NCBI GenBank assembly: GCA_963663865.1
Contig: OY760686.1
Location: 1,664,001-1,728,000, forward strand
Direction: 5' to 3'
DNA length: 64,000 nt
Source: Spirochaetota bacterium
Lineage (GTDB): Bacteria > Spirochaetota > UBA4802 > UBA5550
Shown: one piece after another, positions 38,548 through 49,495 of the stretch
How the letters are laid out: every line of letters starts with the position of its first letter
How positions within the stretch are numbered: position 1 is the first letter of the stretch
Position numbers and translations under genes: made by a program
The notes under the pieces: model-generated
Databases searched by the model: none
Seen by the model: only the letters and a program-made list of their open reading frames with translations
Told to the model about the DNA's origin: nothing

Positions 38548-39564
38548 TTAGCTTACAACTTCCATGACTCTCGCCGCAAATGACTCAATCGGCTCATTTG
38601 GCTCTGCTGTGATTGTACAGGTATTCTCTCCGCGCCGGCTTATACCTTTTGTATACTTCTTGTCGTAGTAGTCGAGAAGGTGTGAGGCGGCCGTTGTCAT
38701 ATCTCCAGATTGAACGGCTGCAACAGCTTCACTGTAAATCACACTACCCATCTTTTTTTTGAGGATATTGCATGAATTTATTAGAGAGTCTGGATTGAGT
38801 TCGCCGTAGTCGCGGACTATACGCGCGACCCTTTCCTTTCGGGGCACCTCTATTATTATTAGACGGGCGCCTCGGATTTTTTTAAACAGAGCCTCAGGGA
38901 CAACGCATTTGCCGACATTAACGCTTTCATCTTCGATGAAAACCGGTTTGTCCAGGTCGAATTTGCGCCATTGCTCGAAGATATCGTTTTCGAACTGTTC
39001 GGTAGTGGGCTGGACGCGCCCTATGCCTCCGAAGGCCGATCCCATGTGATTGGCCAGACCCTCAAGGTCAATGACCTGGCAGCCCATACGCTTGAGTTCA
39101 AGAAGCAGATCTGTCTTTCCGCTGCCGGTCATTCCTCCTATAACAGCGAGCTGCGCTTCTGATTCAAAAGAGGCGTGCAGGTGACGGCGGTACGCCTTGT
39201 ATCCACCGGAAAGGGTATGTGTCTTGATTCCGCATATCTCAAGCAGGGAGGCGACTGACGAGCTGCGCATTCCTCCGCGCCAGCAGTGTACAAGGGCCTC
39301 TCCGCCGGGTGCCGCGTCACGGGCGGCTCTGTATATTGACAGGGACTTCGGCAGGGCGATCTCAAGGCCAAGCTCAACGGCCTCATCGTGTCCGACCTGG
39401 ACGTAGGTTGTTCCAACTTTTTTACGTTCCTCATCATTAAAGAGGGGGATATTGACTGCCCCGGGGATATGGCCCTGACTGAATTCAGAGGGCGAACGGA
39501 CGTCGATTACCGGCAGAGATTCGCCGAGTTCCATAAACTTTTCAACTACTTCAATCTGACCCAT
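38548..39564 (-). CDS. selU: tRNA 2-selenouridine synthase
   Basis: Rhodanese IDVRSPSEF and HCWRGGMRS; P-loop GMTGSGKT; DLEGLANH.GSAFG; EDES. Confidence 0.93.
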   Translation of the reverse strand: MGQIEVVEKFMELGESLPVIDVRSPSEFSQGHIPGAVNIPLFNDEERKKVGTTYVQVGHDEAVELGLEIALPKSLSIYRAARDAAPGGEALVHCWRGGMRSSSVASLLEICGIKTHTLSGGYKAYRRHLHASFESEAQLAVIGGMTGSGKTDLLLELKRMGCQVIDLEGLANHMGSAFGGIGRVQPTTEQFENDIFEQWRKFDLDKPVFIEDESVNVGKCVVPEALFKKIRGARLIIIEVPRKERVARIVRDYGELNPDSLINSCNILKKKMGSVIYSEAVAAVQSGDMTTAASHLLDYYDKKYTKGISRRGENTCTITAEPNEPIESFAARVMEVVS

Positions 39565-40583
39565 TTCTCGCCTTCTCTGTGTTCGATGGTTTTACCTATG
39601 ACAACGGCGCATAGTTCACCTGAGTCCTTCAGCCGCGATAATACCGTGTCAGCTTTATCTTCAGGAACACACATGAGTATTCCTCCGGAGGTCTGTGCGT
39701 CGCATGCTGTCATCTTGAGACTGTAGTCGACGTGTTCGGAAAAATGGACTTCATTGTCGCTGAATTTCAGGTTTCTGAAAGCGGCTGTGGGGATGCAGCC
39801 TGAATCGGCGAGCTCGTAGGCACCCGGGAGCAGCGGCAGCTCAAGGCTGTCTATTTCAATGGTTACACCGCTTCCTCGGGCCATTTTGAGAGAGTGCCCT
39901 ATCAGTCCGAATCCGGTAATATCAGTAGCGCAGCGTATTCCGTGCTCAGTCATTATAAGGGCCGGGTTTTTATTTAGCCGCATCATGCTTTCGAGAGCGG
40001 CCTGATACACGTCATCGCCGCATTCACCGAGTCTTTTTCCGGCAAGCACAATGCCTGTGCCGAGAGGCTTTGTGAGTATGAGAAGCTCACCCGGCTTCGC
40101 GGCGCTGTTTGTAATGACCCTGTCGGGATGCACCGTGCCCGTTACCGCCAGTCCGTACTTCGGCACCGCGTCGTCAATAGTGTGGCCGCCGGCAAGGGCG
40201 GCGCCTGCTTCCGCGGTCTTTTCTGCGCCTCCACGGAGTATATCCGCGAGAACAGGAAGGCCTTCCTCCTGCGCGGGGTACATTACTATATTCAGGGCAA
40301 GAATTGGATTTCCGCCCATGGCGTAAACATCGCTTATCGCGTTTGCCGCGGCTATGCGGCCGAATGTGTAAGGGTCCGAGCAGACAGCAGGAAAGAAGTC
40401 TGTGGTCTGAATTATAGCGGTTTCATCGTTGATTTTCCACACAGCCGCGTCGTCATGCGTGTCGATGCCTACCAGAAGGTTCTCAGGTCTCAAGACCGGA
40501 ATATCTCTGAGCAGCTCATCGAGCTTCTGCGCAGGGAGCTTTGCTGAGCAGCCTCCGCTTTCGCATAGAAGTTCACTTTTCAT
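39546..40583 (-). CDS. selD: Selenide, water dikinase (Cys form)
   Basis: GGCSAK, DDAAV, TTDFF, NAISDVYAMGG, GGHT, TDITGFGL and DAQTSGG motifs. Confidence 0.93.
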   Translation of the reverse strand: MKSELLCESGGCSAKLPAQKLDELLRDIPVLRPENLLVGIDTHDDAAVWKINDETAIIQTTDFFPAVCSDPYTFGRIAAANAISDVYAMGGNPILALNIVMYPAQEEGLPVLADILRGGAEKTAEAGAALAGGHTIDDAVPKYGLAVTGTVHPDRVITNSAAKPGELLILTKPLGTGIVLAGKRLGECGDDVYQAALESMMRLNKNPALIMTEHGIRCATDITGFGLIGHSLKMARGSGVTIEIDSLELPLLPGAYELADSGCIPTAAFRNLKFSDNEVHFSEHVDYSLKMTACDAQTSGGILMCVPEDKADTVLSRLKDSGELCAVVIGKTIEHREGEKWVRLK

Positions 40584-40788
40584 ATTCGTTGCTCCTGTAT
40601 ATAGTGTAGTTGAATTCAGAAAGTACAGCTTCAATACTGGCTGCGCATTCATCATCAATCTCTATGCCCATTCCGCATTCCTTTGATATGCTTCTCGGCA
40701 CCGGAATAATACGGCATGTCTTGCCGCTCATCCGAAGGGCCTTCTCAGCCCGTATGACTGCCCGGGTCGTCTTGAATATCAGAAGCAT
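40573..40788 (-). CDS. DUF3343 (putative Se/S carrier) protein
   Basis: F.TT...IRAEK.L...IIPVPR.IS.ECG pattern, located inside the selenium operon. Confidence 0.75.
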   Translation of the reverse strand: MLLIFKTTRAVIRAEKALRMSGKTCRIIPVPRSISKECGMGIEIDDECAASIEAVLSEFNYTIYRSNEYEK

Positions 40789-40789
40789 A

Positions 40790-41902
40790 TCAGATACTCT
40801 TCGCCTGCTCCGCGAGAGATTGTGCGAGGTACTCAAAATCTTCGGGACTGTGATACGGCGAGACGGCGATTCTGACAGTTCCTTCGGGGAATGTTCCGAT
40901 GCGGCGGTGTGCCTCTGGCGAGCAGTGCAGGCCCATGCGTGTTTCAATGCCGTGGTCTCTGTAAAGCGAGTCAGCCAGGCGCGCGGGATCGGCGTCGTCT
41001 ATTCCGACCGAGAAGACCGGGCACTGTGCTGAGGGCTCATGGCTGCGGTAGAGCTTCATTCCGCTGATTTTGCCTATTTCGTCCATGAGGCCGTGAAAGT
41101 CAGCGTCAGAGTGTAGTGTTTCCGGACGGTTCTTCAGAGCGGCGTTAAGGCCGAAGATGCCCGCTATGTTGTGGGTCCCTGCCTCGAGTCTGTCTGGGAG
41201 GAAGCCGGGCATGATTATTTCGTCGGACATTGAGCCCGTGCCGCCTTCAATGAGAGGGAAGACATCTTCCAGATGCCTGCCGTAAAGGGCGCCGGTTCCT
41301 GTGGGGCCAAAAAGGCCCTTGTGCCCGGTGAAGGCGATGTAGTCCAGGTCTCCGGCCTGGAGCTTGCAGCTTCCTGCTGTCTGAGTAGCGTCCACGAGAA
41401 ATCGTGTGTCGGGGAACATCTCCTTAAGCTCATGGATCGGTTGAAGCACTCCGTTTACGTTGCTTCCGTGATTTATCACGAACAGGTCATCATCCCCCCC
41501 TGCATTAATAGAAGCGCATCTGTCAAGGTCAATGCGGCCGTCAGAAAAAGAAGGCAGAATGACTGTTTCAACCCCCGATGTTTTCTCGAGGGTGAAAAGC
41601 GGTCGGCGGACAGCGTTGTGTTCCATGGTGCTGATAAAGGCCCGTCGGAATTTAATGCCTTTCAGAACTGTATTGACCGCATGTGTCGCGTTAAATGTGA
41701 ATACGATATTGTCAGCTCCGGCGGTTATGAACTCAGCAAGCAGTTCGCGCGTTTCCTCGACAACCGAAGATGTCTCAACTGCTCTGGAATAGAAGCTCCT
41801 GCCGTAAGGGCCGCCCGTTTCGTTCAGATAACGGGTGACGGCTTCCGCGACCTGCGGAGGTTTAGGAAATGATGTAGCCGCGTTGTCGAAGTAGAGATTC
41901 AT
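40790..41902 (-). CDS. Cysteine desulfurase/selenocysteine lyase (class V PLP enzyme)
   Basis: [29 protein letters not shown] and R.GLHC motifs. Confidence 0.88.
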   Translation of the reverse strand: MNLYFDNAATSFPKPPQVAEAVTRYLNETGGPYGRSFYSRAVETSSVVEETRELLAEFITAGADNIVFTFNATHAVNTVLKGIKFRRAFISTMEHNAVRRPLFTLEKTSGVETVILPSFSDGRIDLDRCASINAGGDDDLFVINHGSNVNGVLQPIHELKEMFPDTRFLVDATQTAGSCKLQAGDLDYIAFTGHKGLFGPTGTGALYGRHLEDVFPLIEGGTGSMSDEIIMPGFLPDRLEAGTHNIAGIFGLNAALKNRPETLHSDADFHGLMDEIGKISGMKLYRSHEPSAQCPVFSVGIDDADPARLADSLYRDHGIETRMGLHCSPEAHRRIGTFPEGTVRIAVSPYHSPEDFEYLAQSLAEQAKSI

Positions 41903-42480
41903 GGTGTGACAAGCCTGTCCGCTGCTGCCAATTTTTCCATGATAGTGTACATGTTCGATATTTCTCCAACGGCAATCTCATCTGCTATACCGAAGAAGTT
42001 CACGCATGTTCCGCAGACTATTATTTTAACGCCCTTATCCTCAAGCTCTTTGAGGCTCTGCTCAACCGGCGAGTTGTTTGCCGCGAGCTTTACCCCTGTG
42101 TTGTAGAATATTATTGTATCAGGGAGGGGATTGAGCTCGCGTATTGTGTTCACAAAACCCTGAATGAGCAGCCTTCCGAGTTCATCGTTTCCGCGTCCCA
42201 TAGTGTCGGATGTGATAGATATGGTCATGTTCGCCGGGGTGATCTGGCAGCCGCATGTTTCTCCGGCCGTGAATGTCACGCTGAAAACACCGTTGTCGAA
42301 AGCTGTCTGAGGTGTAAGGCCGTTGTCTTTCAGAAAACGTTCAACGTTGTTTTTTGATATCTCATCGTTTATGAGAACCGTTATTGTCTCTCCATCCGCT
42401 GATTCGGAAAGGGCCCTCTTTGTCAGAATGAGCGGTTTAGGACATGCCATATCTCTCGCGTCAATTGTCTTGTTTCCCAT
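41899..42480 (-). CDS. yedF: Selenium metabolism sulfurtransferase YedF (TusA and DsrE domains)
   Basis: DAR..ACPKPLI; [10 protein letters not shown]; FYN.GV; CGTC; SNMY. Confidence 0.8.
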   Translation of the reverse strand: MGNKTIDARDMACPKPLILTKRALSESADGETITVLINDEISKNNVERFLKDNGLTPQTAFDNGVFSVTFTAGETCGCQITPANMTISITSDTMGRGNDELGRLLIQGFVNTIRELNPLPDTIIFYNTGVKLAANNSPVEQSLKELEDKGVKIIVCGTCVNFFGIADEIAVGEISNMYTIMEKLAAADRLVTP

Positions 42481-42730
42481 TTATGCCCCCATAATTGTAT
42501 TGTACCATATTCTGATTATGCGGCGTTATTTGTAAAAGATATTTTGGGAATAATCACCGTTTATTTTTCATGCGGCTTCATTGAGGAATTTTTGAAATTA
42601 TACTGGATTTTCTCCAGAGGCGTGGATACTATTTAAGGCTGGTTTGAGGGCGGCATCGGAGTTTGCCGGTTCGTATTCGTTTCAGCGCAGCCGGATTGAG
42701 ACTATAAAATATATTGAAGGCGGAGGAAAA

Positions 42731-43777
42731 ATGACCTTAAACAGACGATTATATGGAACCGGGTTCATGAGCATTGTGTTTATTAGCGCGATTCTTTTTT
42801 CTTTTATGCAGGGCTGCGGCAGCTCTGATGAAGGCGAGGTTATCAAGCCTCCTGAAAATAACGGTGAAACTGGTGAAGACGACGATGATGATGTGCAGCA
42901 AAATCCCGACTCAACGGTAATAGATTATCGAAATACCGACGCTTCTATTATTCCGGATGAATATGTCGAAGCCGTAAAAAACAATCTTCACGTAGTGTAT
43001 CAGCACACGTCTCATGGAAGCCAGATTATTTCGGGGATGAACGCTCTCCGTGATTACGCGCCCTACAGCGGTCGTTACAGCTGGTCTGACGACGGGAGCA
43101 GCGGCCTTGATCTTGACGATTACGGAATCATGGCGGGCTATCATGATCTCAGTACCGAGGACTCCGAAGACGCCAATGGCGATACTCCATGGGCTATTGC
43201 AACCAGGGAGCTTCTCGACAATCCTGCGAACTACCACGTAAACGTCATCATGTGGTCCTGGTGCAGCATTCACGGTCATAACATTGAGCGCTATATCAGA
43301 AACATGGAGAAGCTGATCGCCGAGTACGGCGCCGGCGGGACGGGCCCGAGAGCGGCCGACCACCCTGTGGAGTTTGTCTTCATGACAGGACATACCCAGG
43401 GGGAGGGCGAGGACGGTTTTGTGGCTCAGGCTGCCGCTCAGATTCGCCAGCATTGCGTTGACAATGGCCGCTGGCTTATCGATTACTATTCGATAGAGTG
43501 CTTTGATCCGGATGGTAACTACTTCGGTGATCTGGATGTTGACGATGATCTGAGCTACTCCGGGGGCAACTGGGCAGAGCAGTATCTTGACAGACACCCC
43601 GGAAGTCTGCTTGAAGTGCTTGTTATGGGAGACGGAGAGTCATATTCGGGATGCCCCTCATGCGCTCACTCTGAAGAGGGTGAAGGCCAGCGGGAATCAA
43701 CTCTTAACTGTGTCCTCAAAGGACAGGCTGTCTGGCATCTGTTTGCCAGAATAGCGGGATTGCGCGGCAGTTTATAG
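42731..43777 (+). CDS. Hypothetical lipoprotein
   Basis: GGAGG RBS, MQGC lipobox, and HTSHGSQI, MWSWC and FMTGH motifs. Confidence 0.6.
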   Translation: MTLNRRLYGTGFMSIVFISAILFSFMQGCGSSDEGEVIKPPENNGETGEDDDDDVQQNPDSTVIDYRNTDASIIPDEYVEAVKNNLHVVYQHTSHGSQIISGMNALRDYAPYSGRYSWSDDGSSGLDLDDYGIMAGYHDLSTEDSEDANGDTPWAIATRELLDNPANYHVNVIMWSWCSIHGHNIERYIRNMEKLIAEYGAGGTGPRAADHPVEFVFMTGHTQGEGEDGFVAQAAAQIRQHCVDNGRWLIDYYSIECFDPDGNYFGDLDVDDDLSYSGGNWAEQYLDRHPGSLLEVLVMGDGESYSGCPSCAHSEEGEGQRESTLNCVLKGQAVWHLFARIAGLRGSL

Positions 43778-43946
43778 AATCGAATCAATCAAACTGCATG
43801 TATATGTATTATTGCTTGACCGGATGCGGCATTGGTGGAAAAATGAGGCAGCAAAATCTATAAACCGCTTCGGGGTTCCGATTGCTTTTCCGGCATGAAT
43901 TGGACTTGCTGCCCGCGGTTTGATACTATTCTACGAGGAGAGAAAG

Positions 43947-44693
43947 ATGAAAAAAGCGCTGACTATCATTATCGCTCTTGCCGTAATCGCGCCTTCTGCG
44001 TGTAAAAAAGAAGAAAAAGCTGAACCGGCAAAAGCCGAGATTAAAAAATACGCGAAGTTTCGCGCCGCGGTTTACAAGGAGCCAGAGTTGAAGTCATGGC
44101 TGGCTACTCTGGAAAAGGCCGAGGACGTTTCAATAATTGCGGAAGAGAATGTTGCTGATTCAAAAGGCAAGATCAGCACAGTGGCCAAGGTCAAGCTCGC
44201 GGATGACTCACAGGGATACATCAACCCTTCATATTTAGCGGAGGCTCCGGTAGTTTTTGTTCAGGAAACAAAAGCCTTTGTTAGGCCGACGATTGGTAGC
44301 ACAATCCGCGCTACAATACCCGCCGCTGAACTCGGCTTTATTACCTCTGAAAAGGATGGATGGGCAAAGGTTTATGTGGGAGAGCTTCCCGGCGGCAAGA
44401 AGGTTTACTCGGACTGGGTCAATGGGGGATATTCCACCGATCCGAAGCTTATTCTGGAAGCCAAGCAGTATCACAACGCTGTCGAAAAGGCCGGGAAGGA
44501 TTCAACAAGGGCAGCCGCGCTCGAAACACTGAAGACGCTCTCTGAAGGCTCGTCTGTAATTGCCGTTATCGCAAAGGATAAGCTGGCAGAGATTGAAGCT
44601 GACAATGAAAAGGGTGAAGAGTCATCCGATTTTTCGGGTGAAGACCCGTCTGACAACAAATCAGAGAATAAACAGGAAGAAGCAGCAGAATAG
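43947..44693 (+). CDS. Lipoprotein with probable SH3-like domains
   Basis: GAGGAG RBS; MKKALTIIIALAVIAPSAC lipobox; acidic tail. Confidence 0.6.
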   Translation: MKKALTIIIALAVIAPSACKKEEKAEPAKAEIKKYAKFRAAVYKEPELKSWLATLEKAEDVSIIAEENVADSKGKISTVAKVKLADDSQGYINPSYLAEAPVVFVQETKAFVRPTIGSTIRATIPAAELGFITSEKDGWAKVYVGELPGGKKVYSDWVNGGYSTDPKLILEAKQYHNAVEKAGKDSTRAAALETLKTLSEGSSVIAVIAKDKLAEIEADNEKGEESSDFSGEDPSDNKSENKQEEAAE

Positions 44694-44738
44694 TCTGGGG
44701 ATTTAATTTTGTTAGCCTTTAGCAGCAGGTTTAATAAC

Positions 44739-44772
44739 GATGGATTGCCCGTAAAGGCAATCCATCATATTT
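44739..44772 (+). terminator. Stem-loop, likely terminator
   Basis: GATGGATTGCC-cgtaaa-GGCAATCCATC followed by atatttt. Confidence 0.55.
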
Positions 44773-44792
44773 TATAAGCAGGTATTTTCAGC

Positions 44793-45602
44793 ATGAAAGA
44801 GATTAACATAGATATGCTCATCGCAGATCTTAACAGAGTCAGGGATACAGGCCCGCTGGTTCACAATATCACGAACTATGTCGTAATGAACAATACTGCA
44901 AACGCGCTTCTTGCTATAGGAGCCTCACCGGTAATGGCCCATTCCGTTGATGAGGTCGAAGACATGGTTTCGATTGCCGGTTCGCTGGTGATAAATATCG
45001 GGACTCTTGAAAAGAGGTGGGTCAGAGCCATGATTATGGCCGGTAAAAAAGCACGCAAAAGAGGTATTCCTGTTATCCTAGATCCTGTCGGTTCAGGGGC
45101 TACACCATATCGAACCGAGGCCTCACTCAGGATAATAGCTGAATGCAGACCTTCGATTATAAGAGGAAACGCCTCGGAAATTGCCTCTCTGCTTGACAGC
45201 GATGTTTCATCAAAAGGGGTTGATAGCAGCATGTCCTCAGCCGATGTTCTTGCCCCCGCACGGGAGCTTTCGATTAAGACCGGAGCGGTAGTATCAGTCA
45301 GCGGGGCTGAGGATTACATTACAGACGGCAGTGAATGCTTCATTGTCAGGAACGGAAGCCCGTTGATGACCAGAGTCACGGGGCTTGGCTGTACCGCTTC
45401 AGCCGTCACAGGGGCCTTTGCGGCGGTCAATCCTGATACTTTATCGGCGGCTGCCGGAGCAATGTCGCTTATGGGCATTGCAGGAGAAAGGGCATCGCTG
45501 CGTTCCGAAGGCACTGGAAGCATGCAGGTTAACTTTCTCGATGAGCTGAGTCTACTCAACGCTGAGCGAATTGCTGAAACGCTGCGGACGTCAAATGCGT
45601 AG
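44793..45602 (+). CDS. thiM: Hydroxyethylthiazole kinase
   Basis: ITNYVVMN..ANALLA.GASPVMA, INIGTL, LDPVG, IRGNASEI and TGLGC motifs. Confidence 0.93.
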   Translation: MKEINIDMLIADLNRVRDTGPLVHNITNYVVMNNTANALLAIGASPVMAHSVDEVEDMVSIAGSLVINIGTLEKRWVRAMIMAGKKARKRGIPVILDPVGSGATPYRTEASLRIIAECRPSIIRGNASEIASLLDSDVSSKGVDSSMSSADVLAPARELSIKTGAVVSVSGAEDYITDGSECFIVRNGSPLMTRVTGLGCTASAVTGAFAAVNPDTLSAAAGAMSLMGIAGERASLRSEGTGSMQVNFLDELSLLNAERIAETLRTSNA

Positions 45603-46227
45603 CTTTGACCTGTCACTCTATCTTGTTACTGACACCGGACTTTCTATGGGTCGAACGACTCAATATGTTGTCGAACAGGCCGTAAGGGGCGGCGTGACGA
45701 TGGTTCAGCTCCGTGAAAAGGACATGGCATCAAGGCAGTTTATCGATCTGGCTGTTTCGGTGAAGGGTATTCTTGAAGGCAGCGGGGTTCCTCTAATAAT
45801 AAATGACAGGGTTGATGTCGCCCTCGCGTCAGGCGCCGACGGCGTTCATCTCGGACAGAGCGACATGCGCTGTGAAGACGCAAGGAGACTGCTCGGCTCC
45901 GGCAGCATAATCGGATTGTCGGTCGAGAGCAGGGAGCAGGCTCTCGAGCCTGACGTCCGGTTCGCGGATTACCTCGCCGTTTCCCCGGTATTCGGCACCC
46001 CCACAAAGACCGATACGGCGCCGCCTGCTGGCCTGGAGGGCCTGAGTTTGATAGCCTCATGCACGGACAAGCCTGTCGCGGCAATCGGCGGTATAAACGC
46101 GGGCAACATCTCAGATGTGATAAGGGCCGGGGCGGCGGGCGCGGCTGTGGTTTCAGCGATAGTATCGTCGGGGGATGTGGCCTCATCAGCCTCTGAGCTT
46201 TTAGAGTCCGTCAGGCGGGCCCGTTAG
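45595..46227 (+). CDS. thiE: Thiamine-phosphate synthase (copy 2)
   Basis: LYLVTD, QLREK, INDRVD, HLGQSD, TPTK and AIGGI motifs. Confidence 0.92.
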   Translation: MRSFDLSLYLVTDTGLSMGRTTQYVVEQAVRGGVTMVQLREKDMASRQFIDLAVSVKGILEGSGVPLIINDRVDVALASGADGVHLGQSDMRCEDARRLLGSGSIIGLSVESREQALEPDVRFADYLAVSPVFGTPTKTDTAPPAGLEGLSLIASCTDKPVAAIGGINAGNISDVIRAGAAGAAVVSAIVSSGDVASSASELLESVRRAR

Positions 46228-47368
46228 AGTGTGCTTTTACCAGCTTTGTAACTGTTTCGATGTGATATGTGAAAGGGAAGGCGTCAACAAAGCTCATTTT
46301 CTCAATTGAGTAACCTGCTGCAATGAAATCAGCCGCGTCTCTCGAAAATGTAGCAGGATTGCATGACACATAGACTATTGTTTCAGGGGCGCATCCGGTA
46401 ACGGCGCCGCGTGTCTTTCTGTCAAGGCCTGTACGCGGAGGATCGACTACTACAGCTGAATACCGGCCTTTGCGCGCGCTTAAACCCGCGGCGTCTCCGG
46501 AAATAAACGCTATGTTTTCCGCGCTGTTCAGCAAGGCGTTTTTTTTGGCAGACTCAATGTTCTTTCTGTCAATATCGATTCCCGTACCTCCGCTGAATAT
46601 GCCGGAGAGCGGAATGGTGAAAAATCCGGTACCGCAGGCAATATCAATAAATTCACCTCCGGCATCAGGGGTGATATAATCCAGAACAAGTTCAATCATC
46701 TTTCCGCGAAGAAAGCGGTTTGCCTGGAAGAAGTTGTCGATGCCGCGTTCGTACCTGAATCCGGCTGCTTCTTCTGATATGAGTTTTCTCTCGTCCATCG
46801 AGGTTATTACTGTGCCATTTTTGTCGACAGCCGCCCGGAATTCAGGAGCCGCGGTACTGAGGCCGGATAATGCTTTATTGATCTCCGGATGCATAAGCAT
46901 ACAGCCTTCTGGTGGAAGGGCGACGATCTCGTTCGAAGATTTTATTCTGAATCCCGATTTTCCTCCGCTGAAGGTGAACCTGCCATGGCTCCTGTACCCA
47001 GCGCGTTCAGCTGAATGAATATCGATTTGAGGAATGCTGTCAGCGTCAATTCCGGATATCCGCTTCAGGGAGTTCATTATAATATCTGCTTTGAGTTCAA
47101 GCTCCGCGCTGTAGGACATGTGCTGGTACGAGCAGCCGCCGCAGCTGCCGTAAACTGGGCATTCGGGCTTAATGCGATCAGGAGAAGGTTCAATCACTGT
47201 CTTTACGTCGGCGAAGAAGTAATCCTTTTTTCTCAGAGTGATTTTCGCGTCAACTGATTCACCGGGGATGCAGCTGTTTACAAACACGACGCGGCCTTCA
47301 TGGTAACCGATACAGTTCCCGCCGTAGGCGGGCTTTTCGATCCGAAGTCCGCGTAATATATCTTTCAA
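46211..47368 (-). CDS. RlmD/TrmA-family RNA (uracil-5)-methyltransferase
   Basis: TRAM-like N-terminus, CP..GSCGGC, FFQAN, CGTG, DPPR.G, YVSCNP.T..RD and FP.T.HIE motifs. Confidence 0.88.
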   Translation of the reverse strand: MKDILRGLRIEKPAYGGNCIGYHEGRVVFVNSCIPGESVDAKITLRKKDYFFADVKTVIEPSPDRIKPECPVYGSCGGCSYQHMSYSAELELKADIIMNSLKRISGIDADSIPQIDIHSAERAGYRSHGRFTFSGGKSGFRIKSSNEIVALPPEGCMLMHPEINKALSGLSTAAPEFRAAVDKNGTVITSMDERKLISEEAAGFRYERGIDNFFQANRFLRGKMIELVLDYITPDAGGEFIDIACGTGFFTIPLSGIFSGGTGIDIDRKNIESAKKNALLNSAENIAFISGDAAGLSARKGRYSAVVVDPPRTGLDRKTRGAVTGCAPETIVYVSCNPATFSRDAADFIAAGYSIEKMSFVDAFPFTYHIETVTKLVKAHSNGPA

Positions 47369-47380
47369 GAGTGATTGCCT

Positions 47381-49495
47381 CTACACTGTTTCGAAGTCAA
47401 TGCGCATCATTACCGGGTCTACCTCGGAGAGCCTGAGGCGGACAGTATCTCCAAGCCTGTATCTTCTTCCTGATTTTCTTCCTACAATTGTAAAATCATC
47501 CTCGTTCACAAGGTAGTAGTCATCCGTCAGATTTTTAAGAGGCACCATGCCTTCAATCGGCATGTCGTGAAGGGTAATAAACATGCCGTATTTGCCGATT
47601 CCGCTGACAGTGGCGTTGTACTCATTCCCGATATTATCCTTCATTAGACGGCAGCTTTTCAGCTTCACCATGTCTCTTTCTGCCTTTTGCGCGATACGTT
47701 CCATTTCCGAGCTCTTCTCGCCAATAACAGAAAGCTCTTCGGATGTATATGGCGGCTTAGCCCTGTCGATAATGCTTTTTAAGCAGCGGTGCACGATCAG
47801 GTCCGGATATCTTCTTATCGGCGATGTGAAGTGAGTGTAGTCCCTGAATCCAAGCCCGAAATGTCCGGCGGGCGTTGTTCCGTAAAATGCCTGCATCAGC
47901 GATTTAAGTACAACGAGGTTTACTACCTGTTCGTTCTCGCGCCCGGAGACGTCATGAAGCACCTTTTGTACAGCCATGCCGGTATCCTCCCCTTTGCCGG
48001 GCTTGAGGCCGTAAACTTTGAGGAAGGTTTTAAGTGCCGCGAATTTCTCGGGGCTCATCTCCTCGTGAATGCGGTAGAGAGAAGGGATTCCGGTTTCCTT
48101 TATGAATTTAGATACGGCTTCGTTAGCTGAGAGCATGAACTCTTCGATAAGGCGGTGGCTTGTGAGCCTCTCAGCGTATCGGATTGACTTGACCCTTCCG
48201 TTATCGTAATCAAGAACGGCATCTTTAAGAGCAAGGTCGAGTCTGCCTGTTTTAAGCCTTGAGGCGAATAGCATTTCGGCAAGCCTGTTCATTGTCCGCA
48301 GGGAGCGAGCCGTATGGGTTATCTTTTTTGACGCAATCAGCTCATGGGCCTGTTCATAGGTGAGCCTTTTGTTTACCCGGATAATCCCCCGGTGGAATTC
48401 TGAAAAGACCGGCTTGGCATCTGTGTCAAATGTAATCTCTGCTGTGAGACAGAGCCTGTCAACGCCGTGCCTTAGAGAGCAAAGGTCGTTTGAAAGTGTC
48501 TCGGGCAGCATTGGAATAACGTTGTTGCCTATGTAGTAGCTTGTGCCCCGGCTGAAGGCCTCCGAGTCAAGCTCGCCTCCCGGAGTTACATAAGAGGATA
48601 CGTCGGCGATATGAACGTAGAGGGTCAGGCCCTTATCGGTTTTTTCGAGTGAAACAGCGTCGTCGAAATCCTTCGCGTCTGCTCCGTCAATGGTGACAGT
48701 GAAGAACTTCCTGTAGTCTTTGCGCGGCGAGCCTTTATCATTCGGGAGATTTTTTTGAGACAGCTCGCTGTATTGGCCGTGCGGCCCTGGCAGTGAATGC
48801 CTGCAGCATATTCTCTTGAAGTCGCCAGATTCATCATTCTGATGATAGCTGTCGATGGGGACACAGACCTCCCTTCCGGAAATAGACTTTCCTGTCAATT
48901 GCATGGTGTAGAACATGTACTTGTCGCGGTAACGGTTTTCGTCGCCGGCAAGGCGCTTTCTTTCGACGCATAACTCGGGCCCGGAGGGACTGTCAGCTCT
49001 CGTGTAGATGAATAGGCCCTGTGATGTTCTGCTGTAGCGGGCTGTGAGCTCGTGGTTTTTACGGTTTGTTATGGATGATATTTTCCCGTAAAGTGTTCCA
49101 CGGCGAATATCGTACAGCGTGAAAAGCACTGTGTCGCCTGTGGCAGCTCCGCCGGCATCTTCTCTGCGAATCTCTATCTCAGGAAGTCCGCGCGAGACCA
49201 CTATTCCGCCACCTTTTCGCGATACGAAACGGCCCTCGGCCTGGAGTGAGTTCTTTACAGAATACCTGCCGGCTTTCGCGTTTACAAGCTCCCATGATTT
49301 AAGCTCTCTGAGCACTGAATCAATTACAGAGAGGTCCTTTGCAGAGGCAGACGGGGATTTCTTTTGAGATTTCTTGCTGTGCTTTTTTAGCTCTGTCCCT
49401 TTTTTTTCTATGTGAATGTTTATAAGGTCTTTTCTGGTGAATGAACCGCCGGAGGCGATTATGCTGCGGATTACAGCTTTAGAGGATAGGGCCAT
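47381..49495 (-). CDS. rnr: Ribonuclease R (RNB family)
   Basis: TIDGADAKDFDDAV, VHIADVS, IEEFML.AN, HFGL and YTHFTSPIRRYPDL motifs; C-terminal S1 domain. Confidence 0.9.
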   Translation of the reverse strand: MALSSKAVIRSIIASGGSFTRKDLINIHIEKKGTELKKHSKKSQKKSPSASAKDLSVIDSVLRELKSWELVNAKAGRYSVKNSLQAEGRFVSRKGGGIVVSRGLPEIEIRREDAGGAATGDTVLFTLYDIRRGTLYGKISSITNRKNHELTARYSRTSQGLFIYTRADSPSGPELCVERKRLAGDENRYRDKYMFYTMQLTGKSISGREVCVPIDSYHQNDESGDFKRICCRHSLPGPHGQYSELSQKNLPNDKGSPRKDYRKFFTVTIDGADAKDFDDAVSLEKTDKGLTLYVHIADVSSYVTPGGELDSEAFSRGTSYYIGNNVIPMLPETLSNDLCSLRHGVDRLCLTAEITFDTDAKPVFSEFHRGIIRVNKRLTYEQAHELIASKKITHTARSLRTMNRLAEMLFASRLKTGRLDLALKDAVLDYDNGRVKSIRYAERLTSHRLIEEFMLSANEAVSKFIKETGIPSLYRIHEEMSPEKFAALKTFLKVYGLKPGKGEDTGMAVQKVLHDVSGRENEQVVNLVVLKSLMQAFYGTTPAGHFGLGFRDYTHFTSPIRRYPDLIVHRCLKSIIDRAKPPYTSEELSVIGEKSSEMERIAQKAERDMVKLKSCRLMKDNIGNEYNATVSGIGKYGMFITLHDMPIEGMVPLKNLTDDYYLVNEDDFTIVGRKSGRRYRLGDTVRLRLSEVDPVMMRIDFETV

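Noticed and set aside
26503-40583. Selenocysteine in glutathione peroxidase or SelD
   Set aside because: Both catalytic positions are TGC and neither gene has an in-frame TGA.
43847-43912. Possible riboswitch or sRNA (GCAGCAA...TTGCTGC) upstream of the lipoprotein gene
   Set aside because: There is only one short closing stem and no recognisable family consensus.
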